Part shown: positions 14,415 to 27,500 of the stretch, in pieces
Numbering within the stretch: the stretch's first letter is position 1
Layout: every line of letters starts with the position of its first letter
Source of the DNA: Lingula anatina
Lineage: Eukaryota > Animalia > Brachiopoda
Length of the DNA: 64,000 nt
Reading direction: 5' to 3'
Assembly (NCBI GenBank): GCA_051362555.1
Contig: CM120649.1
Span: 10,912,001 to 10,976,000 of the forward strand
Made by a program: the position numbers and the translations under genes
The notes under the pieces: generated by a model
The model's input: only the letters and a program-made list of their open reading frames with translations
What the model was told of the DNA's origin: nothing
The model's database searches: none

Positions 14415-17400
14415 CTACCCTTGCAGAACTACAAGAAGTACAATAGTCACATAGATCACTACACCAAGTGGAATTGCAACATAAACGGCTATGACAGCCC
14501 TCCTGGAGTACTCCTGGGTCCTGGCATACACGCCCTTATCCCGCGCCCTGATTGCCTGCCACATCCACGTATTGGCCACAAAGGCGATGCACGGACAAAA
14601 TAAATACGAAATATAAGTCACGATCAAGACACGATAGAGACTTTTCCAACCCTTTGGCACCAGTTCATCAGAGGCAACTTTCCGTACCAGATGAGGGACG
14701 GTGATGGTACTCTCTCTGCAAGGGTTATCTGGTGTGTTACGAAAACCAGGTTCGATGGCAAAAGTGGCTGGCCCTGGCGCATCTTCTTCAGCTTCCATCA
14801 CAACTATGTCATTTTCATCAACTGAAAATTAAGATAGAGTCATTTTTATCTTGAGACTGCATTCTTTAATTCTTGTTTTACGTGTAGCAAAATTGAATTA
14901 CTAGTGCACTATCATGTCATTTAAAATAAATAAATAAATAATTAATTTAATACTTAAAGGATTTGCGTCATGCCGTCAGAATGGCCTGAACGGAACATAT
15001 TCTTCAGAAAACATGCCCAACTAACGATATCTTTATCCAAATACACAAATTAAAAGCTCATTTTGTAAATTTTTGGCTTTAAAAAACGTCCTATTTGCTC
15101 GGCCTGGGAGTTAATGAGCCACGTGGTCACGTGGTCCGATGACGACAATCGTGCCACCGGAGAACAGAGCGTGCTTAGCTGTCAAACTGAGCTGCATTGT
15201 CTACCTGTAAGATGACTTCTCTGGCTTCTGATAAAAGTTCATACTCATTCAAATCTCTTACCCGAGGGGTCTAAATCCTCGTGAAGCTGTGTAAAACCAT
15301 TTCCCGTCTAGTCAATTCTTTAACAAGCATTTAATTATGTTATCCCAAGTTGTATAAAACACTGCATTTGAATGAGTTAAGGGTACTGTTCATTATTGCA
15401 TATGAGGTCCATGTTCTTGTGAAATTCAATTAATTTTATTAAACCGCTGACACTCCGTCTTGCATACTTTTATTAAACTGAGGTAAACAATGCCTGTTAC
15501 CTTTACAAGTCCTATCTTAATCATCCATCTAACTGGAACTTCCTTTACCTCTTAAATAGAGGGTTAAATGGCATTCAATTTGTCTTGCTTGTATCGAACG
15601 CACTCTCTAAGCTTTACTCCAGTTATCTCAGGTAAAAATCTACCTGTGCGTTAGTTTCAAAGTGCAGCTCCCGTAGACCTGGGGGTACTAGATAAAATCT
15701 GAACACCAGGTTTATCGAGGAGCTAGAGAAAGATAGGAAGAATTTTTCCTGCACAGCTTCATAGGAATTTTAACACGGACTTGATCCAGCTTAGACCTCC
15801 AAACTAACAGGGTGACATGGGCAATTTTCACAAACAAATCATAAAACTATATTTCAGTTAGCCGCCTTTAAAATAAATATACCGTTCTGGGTAAATTAGA
15901 ATATTTATTAAATTGCGAGAATATTTTTGACTTAAATGATGATTTTATTATTAATGGAAAATAAGCTACTATACGAGGTACATTTGCTGTGATTACGCTG
16001 TCCTTCAATGTTTTGTGTAAGTCTACATTTTGCTGTAGGTGCTTTAAATTTTTTTAAATCTGTGCGTACAATTTTTGCAGGTCTGGTTACGCCCCTGTTA
16101 TGTGATGAGAGTCTAAATTTGGCAATTACTGTAGTTCCTTAGCTTATTTAAATAGAATTGCAGTGTAAATTTTTCAACAAGATGTGGGAGAAATAGCCCT
16201 TTACTCTTTGTAGATATTTCCCCCGTCAAAGTTTGTCTAAAATTATCTTTCAATCTTTACTCTTTCAAAGACAGTATAGAGTTATCTGACATATTTTCGT
16301 GTAAACTTAATGACAAGCCAAGTGTCTCCAGTTCATTCCGTACTCAATTTTACCCAAGCAAATTTTTTTCTTGAGTAGATCTTTATAGCACGGTGTTATA
16401 AGCTTACAAATTTGCAAAAAGTTTTGCGTACAGCCGCAGAATTTGCGTTTCAAGTTATAAAATGATCAATCTTTTAAATTATTTTATATTTCAGATAAAA
16501 TAATCTTCAGAAACAAATCCTCAAAGCATAAACGAATTAGGATTACGAACCATTTTATTACAGCAGTTCCCATTTTTTCTTTAATATAACACTCGTTTTC
16601 CTGTTTTTCCTCAACACGTTTTCTTCCACGGAAGTATAGCCTGGGCATACGCATGCTTCAAGATACCTTGAGAGCAATTTCTTTTATTAATGTTCGCGAC
16701 CGTGTTTGAACTTAATTGTTCAAATATTGATATTTTATGTCATTTACAAATACCAATAAAATAACCCCATGAAATAAATGAGATATATTGAAAAATATGA
16801 AAGCCCACCAAGACGAGTTTCATACCTGTTATTACCTGGCTTGGGAATTGCAGCGGTGCATAATTAACAGGTTTTATTGTTAACGAACTCTTGGTCAACT
16901 ACAATGCATTTAAAAATGCAACAGCAATTAGTAAGCTTGCCAACTGATGACAGTATCTAAAAGACTATCAGCTTTTGATATGATCTAAAACACCTGAGGT
17001 GACAGAGATCGCGAGCATCACAACTATTGTCACCGAAGTTAGTAAGTTAGTCAGGGAAGACCGTCACAGACAAAGAAAGATAGTCAGGGAGTTCTGCAAT
17101 TTTGGTGAATCCCAGGGCAACACACTGAGGCATAAAGAAAATTGCTCAACTCCGTTCAACACAACTTTCCAAAATTATTTTGTCTGTTTGCACCATGCAG
17201 CCCAGTTAAGTCTCATTGACCTTTATCCTCATTGTCGTCACAGTACCGCGTGACCCAGATCTGTTGCTTCATTTATGCATATTGAGGTGAGGTTTACTAA
17301 AACGCTTTTTTACTACTAATAGATTGTTTTTATAATTTTTAAATGGCGGGGATCGATTAAAACATACCTCTAGTGACTAGATTGAGTGCTGAATCTTCAA

Positions 17401-17758
17401 AATTCGAGAAATTGATTTTTATATGACCATTGTCCTTTAATTAATGTGTATATTAAAATGAAAGGGCAATCAGCCTAGTTTGCAGAAAAATAATTTATTC
17501 AATGGTTATTAAGGACACTGCAAAGTGATGGAGGATATCATATAGTATTACTTCATTTTACCTAATTTCACAAATGTCTTGAACAGTGACACTAGAGTGA
17601 CTGCCAATTAATCTATAACAAGCGTAAAACTGAAAATGTCACCCACCTCCCCCTGCTTCTTTTGCTTTGGTAAGCTGTGCAGTGTTTTCATTGTTGGTAG
17701 GCGTGGCATCCACACCAGGGTACGGTGGGGGAGGGACCCCATAAATCTGGTAAGACAT
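14415..17758 (-). CDS. CD225/dispanin-family (IFITM/PRRT-like) membrane protein, ~172 aa, with an N-terminal PPPPY motif
   Basis: Coding exons 17758-17647 (MSYQIYGVPPPPYPG...; donor G|GTGGGT) and 14821-14415 (acceptor TTTCAG) are phase-compatible. The C-terminus has the CD225 pattern: hydrophobic helix with FCPC, a loop resembling A.ARDKG.Y.R.QEYSRRA, then a terminal TM helix. A non-coding upstream exon probably lies near 18270-18450. Confidence 0.75.
14954..17440. mobile_element. Possible old TTAA-flanked non-autonomous DNA transposon (Kolobok-like ends) in the CD225-gene intron
   Basis: TTAA|AGGATTTGCGTCAT at 14954 versus the reverse complement TTAA|AGGACAATGGTCAT at 17440 (9/14 identity after TTAA). 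No transposase ORF. Confidence 0.25.
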
Positions 17759-18505
17759 GGTCTGGACCTGAATGTCAATATACAATATCAATACATGTGA
17801 TAAATAAATCTAGCAGGGAGACAGCAATTGATGTAAATGTTACAGGGATATGAATGGTCAAGGAAATTTTAATAATAAAATCAAATAATAATATGGAAAT
17901 TTATTTAAGTCTAAAATCCATTAAAATAGTTCAGCAGACTTTACATCAAAAATAAGTCCTTGAGAACGCAATTACCAAGACACCTATGTAAAAATAAAAT
18001 ATAATACAGTACTTAAAACAAACTTCTCTACCTTGTTGCTGTTAGGAATATTTTGCAAATTCCAAAAGAATTGCAAATCTGTTTTGCATTTACTTTTCTG
18101 ATCAGTTTGAATTTTTTCCTGATATATATATATATATATATATATAATCATAATGATGAAATACTGGTAAATGATTATACAAACGGATACGTGTGTCGTA
18201 TTTCGTAATCACTGTACCAGGTTTGATCTACATGCCCAGTCTCAACATTCAACAATTTGTACTTAAACTTACAACAGCTACTGTCTCATAGAGACTAGAG
18301 AGGTACAGGGCAGTACAACCTTCTAGTAGCAAATATTTGAAAGACAGTTACCTACTAACCTGGCACTGTTTCCCTTCTTTTAACTAAAGTAACAAATTAA
18401 TGTATTTACACACGTCAAAACTGAAGCTTGGGCGAGATTTTACTGATTATTCACCGTCAGTCCCGGATCCTAAGGGTAACTTTCGGCTTATCTTGCATGA
18501 CTACT

Positions 18506-18520
18506 TCCCTAGGTGGCGCT
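18506..18520 (+). promoter_or_regulatory. CTCF-like motif in the CD225/COPS6 head-to-head region
   Basis: TCCCTAGGTGGCGCT, 14 bp upstream of the COPS6 ATG, resembles the CTCF core CCASYAGRKGGCRS. Confidence 0.35.
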
Positions 18521-18533
18521 TTGAATTGCTGCG

Positions 18534-21500
18534 ATGGCTTCGAAAATGGAGGTGGATGCGGCTCCGTCAAATGTTATGGCGTCCTCTAGCTTGTCTGGCA
18601 GTGTATCGGTGCAGCTCCACCCACTGGTGATAATGAATATATCCGAACATTGGACGCGAGTCCGGGCTCAGGAAGGAAAGCCTGTAAAGAGTGAGTTACG
18701 CCTCGCCTGTGGCTGTGTGTGTTATTGACACTGTCATTGTCATTTATAAGTACACAGACGAAGTAACTTAAATACATACTTACTTTTTACGATGATGCGA
18801 ACAACATTGTTCTCTGAAAAATTCCAGGTTGTTTGTCATTCGATCGAGAGTTTTATTACTATGTTGTCAACATGTGAGACTTTAATGAAGTAATTATAAA
18901 CTAATGAAAGTTTTGAGACAAAATAGAAGTTTCTACAATAATGCATGACAGTGTTATAAAAACAGTAACACCTCAATTAGCTTGGAATTCGGAAAATGTG
19001 ACATTTGTGAAATTGGAAAATGGGTCCCTCATTGTTTTAGAATTGTGTACTAGTACTGCTATATGTATAAAATTATTATCTTTCTCATACATGTATTTAA
19101 ATGTAGTAAAATTATTTTTATATAAGAACAGAAAATTATTAACTTGAGATGGAGTAAAGAATGAATCTTTATAAACACATAAAAACTTGAACATTTCTTT
19201 TTCCAGTTCTCGGAGCATTGATTGGTAAACAGCACAGCCGAAACATCGAAGTGATGAACTCATTTGAACTGATGTTTGACATTGTAGAAGGAGACACTAT
19301 AATTGACAGGGAGTACTACACTACTAAAGAAGAACAGTGTAAGTCACTTGATATATATATAACTTCAGCTGATACTAAACACCAGTGGCAACAAAACTAC
19401 TAGTATGGTGTTTGCTCCAGTAATGTGGAACATAAGTAACAGTTGCCACTTAGTTTTCACCAATTAGTTTCCAAGGATGATTTTAAAAACAACTCAACAA
19501 TTCTTTTAAAGAAATATTACAGTTGAAGTTATTTTTTGTATAACACTTTGTATAATGTGAATTTCCTTTCAGTGTCTTAACTGTGGGTTTTAGATCTTGT
19601 CTTAATATTGGGATGTTTTTGGTTGTAAAATCTTCTGAATTTTACAGGTTTTAGACTTTAGATAAATATTATAATTTTTTGTATTATTATCATTATAAAC
19701 TTTTGCTAAAACTAGTGTTTATTTAAGAGCTACATGAAAGGCTTAAACTGTTATTGTTGCTTTTACTTTGATTGAATTGTTTTGACTTCATTGGTGAAAA
19801 AATAAATATACCATAGAATTGTTGACTGTTTAAGTTAATCTAAGTTTGCCGCATGAAAAAAATGTATATAATAATATGTTAAAAGACACTACATCTATGA
19901 CCTGCTTCTGGTGTGGACCGAGGGACATAATGTTTTTTTATGCCTTGCCTAACTCATTGCTCTGGTATAATCTTACTTCTAAATAATATGTATTATATTA
20001 ACATTATACTTTACATTTTCTACTTTCAGTTAAGCAAGTTTTTAGTGACATGGACTTCCTGGGTTGGTATACAACTGGAGAGATGCCAGATGAATCAGAC
20101 ATCACAGTACACAGACAGGTAAGAGATACTGGAGAGATGTATGGGGTGGAGGGGGGGGGGGTGGGGGATGTCGGTGCCTTGTTGATAATTAATTTGCAAT
20201 TAAATTATATATGTTACACTTGAAATGCTTACATTGTTATTAATTTTAAAAGAATTTAATTTGAGGACATATAAGTACATTCTAATTTAAAAAAAATTAA
20301 CAAATTCGAGAGCCACTCACAAGAGGACTGCACTGTACATGGTACTTAAATTAAAAAATGCAATAAATGAATACTAAAAATTTCACTATTTTTCACAGGT
20401 TTGTGATATCAATGAAAGTCCAATTTTCCTGAAGTTGAGTCCAGTATCAAGACAAGCTGATGTGAGTTTTAACTTATGAAATTTTAATTTTAATATTATT
20501 CTTGAAATATTTTGATATTTATAGGTATTGGTATTGGACATTGAATACTTTTTATCTGATTTTGCAGTAGATCTTATATAACACATTTTAATAATTAAAC
20601 CTTTGTGCTCATGTTTTAATACACATAAGTAAAGTTAAGCTCCTTTTTATAGTGTAAATTAAATTTAAACTCATAAATTGATCAGATTATATGCTAGTAC
20701 TTGATTTTGAAGGAAAAAAGTCTGTTGGGTATCTTTCATTTATTGATGAATAAGTAATTGGATAAATTGCCAAATCTGCCAGGATGGCTTTAAAGAGGGG
20801 GGATGGGAAGGGGGGGGGAGAGGAAAAAGAAAACAAATGTTAGTTTATCAACAATTTTTGAATGCTTAACAAATTTTATAATATAATTATGCTTTAGAAT
20901 ACATGTAGTTTCTTTGACTTTGACCTTGATATCATTTGTAGCTGAGTTGAACAAGTAAGAGATATTGAGAAATCGTGGTGAGGTGTTTTTTCCTCATTCA
21001 GAAGTTGTACAGATAGAATTGACTCCCTGACATTGTTTTATTCCCAGCAGCTTCCAGTCAGTGTGTATGAGTCTGTAATTGACCTGGTCAATGGGGTGGT
21101 GAGTGCAACACCTTATATTAACTACAGCTACGTAGTCAGAATTAAGATTATCATACAAGTTTATAGTCTTTGAGTCAATCTCATATTATATTTTTTCTAG
21201 ACACCTTCCCCCCACTCATTTGACTTCATCTATACTCCTATACAGACTTTTAAAAAACTTGATTTAAACTTGTTCTTACTCTCCTGTAATTCCAGGCCAC
21301 CATGTTGTTTGTGGAGCTCCAGTACACGCTGGCCACAGAAGAGGCCGAGAGGATAGGGGTGGACCACGTGGCCAGAGTGTCCAGTTCAGAAAGTGCTGAG
21401 AACTCACTAGGTCAGTGGTCAGTGTGTCCTCACACTGAGACACCAATCTGTGGTCCCACTTGTGACTCTGTTGGCATTATGAAATATTTTCTTATGAAAG

Positions 21501-24500
21501 AGTATAACTGAAAATGGGGAGGTTGATACATGTCTAGATAATATGAACAGGTAGTACTAGTAACTGTATACCTTCATATAGAGATGCAATTAATGTCACA
21601 GGCATGCTCTTTAAAATATTTAGTGCACAGATTGCAAACCTATATAATATAGGTTTGCACAGATTGCAAACCTATATTATATACATTACATATTATTTTA
21701 TGTGTATTGTAAAAGGGACACATTGCAAAATTATATATTTACGCTATATACTGTATTGCTGTAATAAAAAAAAAAAAAACTAATAGTTTGTGTTTTATTT
21801 TCAGTACTGTATCAGCATTTTGATGTGACAAATATGTATATTTTACTGCATGATAAAATTGTTGCTATTTTTTCAGTCTCAGAACATCTTACAGCTCAAC
21901 ACAATGCTATCAAGATGTTACACGGAAGGGTGAAGGTTATCTTGGACTACCTCAAGGCAGTGCAAGCAGGTAGATATTACATTTGAGTGCCATATTGAAA
22001 GTTTGAGAAAAGGTTAGGAGGTGATCTTAAAATGTAATATGTTATGCCGAAATCTGCAGTTACTTTTATAATAACTGCACAACAGCTATTAAACTGATTG
22101 CTTTTTTTCTTTTTGGTTTCTTTATGTTATTTTTATCCAGGTGAAGTGCCAAAAAATCATGAGATACTCCGAGAGACATACAGCTTATGCCACAGGTTGC
22201 CAGTGTTAAGATCTGAGAAGTTCAAAGAGGATTTCTTCAATGTAAGAATATTTTTAGAAATTACTAATGTAGACTTCTTAACTACATTTGTCAATAAATA
22301 AATAAAAAAACATTTTTGGACATTTTTTTTTTGTTATTTTAACCTCCATTTTTGTTGCAACAAAAGTTTGCCTGCACAAAGGATTGAAGCTTTGTGAGGA
22401 AATGTTTGAAAATGATAATATCTAAGATTAATTATTCAAATAGGCTGAAAATGTAACCATGAAAAATATCTACAGTAAAAATGGCCCTTTTAAGGCATCA
22501 TAATTATTACAAGTAAAAACACCACAAACATCTAGGCGATATGTAGAAAGTAATTTTTTTTTCGCTTTATTTGAATTGTCAAAAAAATCTTATGCCCACT
22601 GCGAAAACACATGGAGACCATATTTTGCTGCTTGTTTTCACTTTTAGATTCTATTTCTTTTTAATTTTCTGTTCCAGCAATGTAATGATGTTAGCCTAAT
22701 GACATACCTAGGGACTCTTACCAAGGGATGCAATACAATCAATCAGGTAGGTTTATCATATGTAATATATTTTTTTAAATATATTGTAGAATTCAAAAAT
22801 TAAACGAAACTTACCTGTAAGTTGAAGTTTGATGAGAATTCTACTTATCAGCTGACGAAATGGAGAGATTACATGAGATGCGCACGCATATCTACCCAGA
22901 ATGCAAAATTTAAAGCTTGTTTATTGGTACAAGGGAAAAAGAAATGGAGAGATTTGGGAGGGCTAGAGGTGGGCATGTAATCTCTCCATTTCGTCAGCTG
23001 ATAAGTAGAATTCTCATCAAACTTCAACTTACAGGTAAGTTTCGTTTAATTTTTGAATTCTACCATCAGCTGACTCCCATTCCAAGATTACATGAGGGTT
23101 TAAAGTTGTACCAATAAACACCAATTCCACAACTGAGGAGTAGTACAACAGTAGTACCCTGCTTGAAATGAATTGGAAAAAATCAATAAGCCGATAACTC
23201 ACAAATTAAATATATTAACTTTAATAATAACTTTTAACAAATGAACCTTTTTAACAACATGAACTGTTTAACTACATAATAAACTTGCTCCTTAAACTGA
23301 GGGAGCCAACTTTAAATTTGAACACGTTAACCCTAATTTGAAGTGTATGTACCAAACATTTATACAGTACTAAGAAAGTCCTTTCTTTAACACAATCTAG
23401 GCCACAATTACACATTTGCCATGTCATTATTTTTCTGCCCTGAAACCATTACTTTGTTTTATTCAAAATTTTTGAACCAAATAATCCACTTTTATCAATT
23501 TTCTTCTCATAGTAACGAGCAAACGTATCCTTTTTGCTCCAACCTGCCGTATCTAAGATCGTCTGCAAAGGTACATTTGCTGCTTTTGCAGCCGAAGTAG
23601 CTGCAGCTCGCACACTGTGTGGTGTAAATACACAAGTATCAATACCAGCCATTTTTAGGACACACTTCACCCACCTCGACAACGTATCCCTTGAGACTGG
23701 TTTGTGTGGTTTCATGTAGCTGATGAATAGTGCAGTGTACTTGTCTCTGAGTGGACATGTACGCTTTAAGTACTCCGTCAATGTTACACATATGCACAAT
23801 CTGCGATCCGGAGCATATGCTGGCACTGTGATTTGTGTTTGGTGATACCCTGGACGAGAGGTTTTCAAAAGATCGCCAAAAGAAACTTTCACCCGATGCT
23901 TATTAAGATCAATGTTCCTTGTATCCATAAGATGAAGGGACTGCCCCCTCTGACCTGCCAAAAGTCCAAATAACATAACCACTTTCAGTGTCAACTGTTT
24001 TAGAGACAAATTCTTTACTGGTGACCATGCTCTCAAAAAATTCAAAACAACAGTGGCATCCCAAATAACCTTAGTTTTAGGAATAGGTGGTTTAAGATTG
24101 AAGATACCTTTCATGAATCTGCAAATCAGCGGGTGTTCTCCCAAAGGTGAATCCCCGATGGTAAGAAAAGCTGACAAGGTGCTCCTGGCAGTGTTCAGTG
24201 CAGAATACTGCAAACCCCTCTCTGACAACTCAGTGAGAAATTCTACAGCAGATTTTACAGAGGCATGAAAGGGATTCCAATCCCTCTGACTACAAAAGGA
24301 AAACCACTGTTTGAAGTAACAGTTATACTGTTTTTTGGTGCCATCACGCCATGAGGCCTCGATAATCCGCTGAGCTGTCTCTGAAAGTTCTGCTGTGCCT
24401 GGCGTCTGCCAGAAACAAGTGCTGCTGCAAGCCTGATCTTGGGAAGGTGATCTTGGGCATTCAAGAGAGGGTGATGAATGACCGATACTGACCTGTCCCT

Positions 24501-27500
24501 GTGAAAGAGAGAAACAGGAAAATCAATAAGCATTGAACCAAGCAAGGAATACCAGTGCTGAGTAGGCCATAAGGGAAAAATAATAATACCTGTCACACCT
24601 TCCACTTTCATTTTTTGTAAAACTTTGCCCATCATGCAAAAAGGTGGGAAGGCATAAACAAATTTATGGGCCCAAGAAACTGTAAATGCATCCACCTCCA
24701 TACAATCTGGATCTGGTTTCCATGAGTAGTAAACTTTCACTTTATTGTTAATTCTTGATGCAAACAAATCAATCTCAGGCTTGCCCCAAAGTCTGCAGAT
24801 TTTTAGAAAAATATTTCTATCCAGCTCCCACTCACCATTGTCATGGTATGTTCTACTCTCTGCATCTGCCTCGATGTTTTGAGCTCCTGGCAGGTAAGCT
24901 GCTGTAACAAAAAGAGACCTGTTAATGCACCATAGCCACAATTCTCTAGCTACCTCATTACAATGATCTTTCTTGCCTCCCATATTGTTAATGTAGACTA
25001 CTGCAGTGGTGTTATCAATTCTAATGAGTATGTGTCTGTTAGTAAATTGTGAACAGAAAGCTTTTATGGTAAAGTAAGCTGCCTTGAGTTCAAGTTCATT
25101 AATATGCTTTTTCTGCTCCTCCACCGTCCAATTCCCACCAGTGGACTGTCCATGACAGGTACCACCCCAGCCCACTGTAGAAGCATCAGAGGTCAAGACC
25201 ACATCAGGGGTGGACCTCCTAATGGGAGCTGAGGCAGTAGTGATGTTATCCCTCCACCAACCAAGATCTATCATACATCTTTGAGGGAGAACAACCCTGG
25301 CATTGTAGTTCCCTGCGTGCTGTTGCAATACCAGTGATTTAAAATTATCACACCTACGATAATAAAGTTTCCCAAATTCAACTGCCTGGAAACTAGCCAC
25401 CATTAGTCCAATAACCTCTGCTAATGCACGTATAGTGACTCTACCATTATCATCTATAATCTTAGAGATACGTGTGATCATTTTTTGAATTCTATCTGGG
25501 GTCAAGGTAACATTCATTAGGACTGAATTAATAATAAAGCCTAAGAAAGTTCTTTGTTGTGCTGGTTTAAATCGTGACTTGACTGGGTGAGTAACCCAGC
25601 CAGACTTCTCAGAATATTCAAAAGTGATCATAACATTCTCTTCACATTCTTCCTTGTCACCAACCAAAAACGAGTCATCAATATATGAAGAGCAAAGAAA
25701 ACCTTTCTTTCTAAGTTCAGCAAACATAACCTTTGTGATTTTAGTAAAGATTCTTGGAGCAGAGGCTAGACCGTTAGGCAGACAAGTGAACTGATAGAGG
25801 TTTGAATTCCAAACAAATCTCAAGTACTTTCGATCTTCATTTCTTATGGGCACTGAGAAATAAGCATCCTTCCAATCAATCGATGCCATGTAGCAATTAG
25901 GGAAAATTAAATCTAAAGCTGTCTGAAAAGTATCCATCTTGAAATGATGATACTGAATAAATTTGTTCAACTCTGTCAGATCTAGAATGACTCTGATACC
26001 ACCATCTTTTTTGTCCCTGGTAAATATATTTGATATGAACTCACCCGAAGAATGTTGGGCGGGTTGAATAATGCTTTTGCTCAACATAATTTGAATTTGC
26101 TGGTCAATAAGCCTGGATTTAGTTTCATCAAATCTGTAAGGCTTAGGGACAGCTTGCTGCACTGGCGTATCATTGAATTCTAATGCCACCCCTTTAATAC
26201 ATGAAAGGATATGAGCATCAGAAGTCATTGTTCTCCAGAAGTCAAAATATTCCCTCAACCGACCAGCTTTGAAGTTATTCACTGCCTCTAAAGATCTAGC
26301 CTCTGCTAATCTCATAAATTCATCAAATTTACTTACAATTTCTATTTCTTTTGCTGATTTTTGTCCTTTCTGCCTTGGTTTTGGCTTCCTGTTTTGTAAG
26401 TTTGCTTTTTGTAATTGTACGTGCTGTAGGGACCCTGTTGGTAGTGGGGGCGCTGCTGCTGGGTCCACCCCGCGGCACCCCACCTGCCTTCCCCCGACAT
26501 CTGTCTAGGGTAGTAAAGCCTGCTATAACCCTGGAAACCACGGCCACGTGCCTGTTGCTGTAATGAGCCAAAAGCATGCGAAGGGTTCTTAGCAAAACTG
26601 GAACGAATTTTCTTAGGTCCCCCAAGACCCAATTTTTCGCCTTCAGCCAATTCTTTAAGATTTTTCTGCAACTCTGTACCAAATAGGAGACTAGACTCGT
26701 CCTTGACCTTAGAAGCCACTCTCTGCGCTCTGGGTGGTAAGTCCTTTTTAATAGAATTTCTGCGATGCAAATTCAGTTCATGCACAGCACTGCCCATCAG
26801 TGCCAGAGAGTCCATACAACCACGTATGGCACGGGGTATATCAGCATTTTTCCCCTCGGCTCTTGCTTGATAGAGTTGATCTACAACCTGTACAATGGGC
26901 AAGACGCTCTTAACCATCCTTGCCCCAATTTTGCTCACTGCAATGTCAGTAATGCGGGCTGAGGTGTTCATAACATCCCAAATTTCTTGATTCACACGGG
27001 CGTTGCAGATATTGGGACAATTCTCAGGTCTCAGACATTTTTCTGACAACGCTTTCACTTTTTCATCTGACATGGGAGATGTAAACATATTGTTAATAAG
27101 CTCCCCGAACTTTGCCTGAATAGCAGGCCCCACTTCTTCATCAGGGGCAAGGAATTCCTTCTCTAACTCAGCTAACAGTTCATCCTCCTGCTGCTGAATA
27201 TCCCCTTCATCATCAGGGTCAAGCAATTTATCAAGTTGCATGTCTATATCATAATTTTCACCTGCCTCCGTATGATCTCCAAATTCATCAAATGGCGCAT
27301 TGGAAAATTCGCTATCAATGCGACTTCTCTTAGCCATGGAGTTGGAATCAAAACAGAGAGCACTTTCAGCGCCTCTCTTCATTGCAGGTGCTGTAAAACA
27401 CGCCTCATCATCATCATCATCATGCGTTGCATTGGTAGCCGACGTGCGTGACGCCGACGAACAGGACAAAGCGTTATCTGCTACTGCACTTTTCCCATCT

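Noticed and set aside
26342-26504. -1 frameshift site between DIRS gag and ORF2
   Set aside because: The frames are in a -1 relation, but I found no canonical X XXY YYZ heptamer in the gag frame within the overlap.
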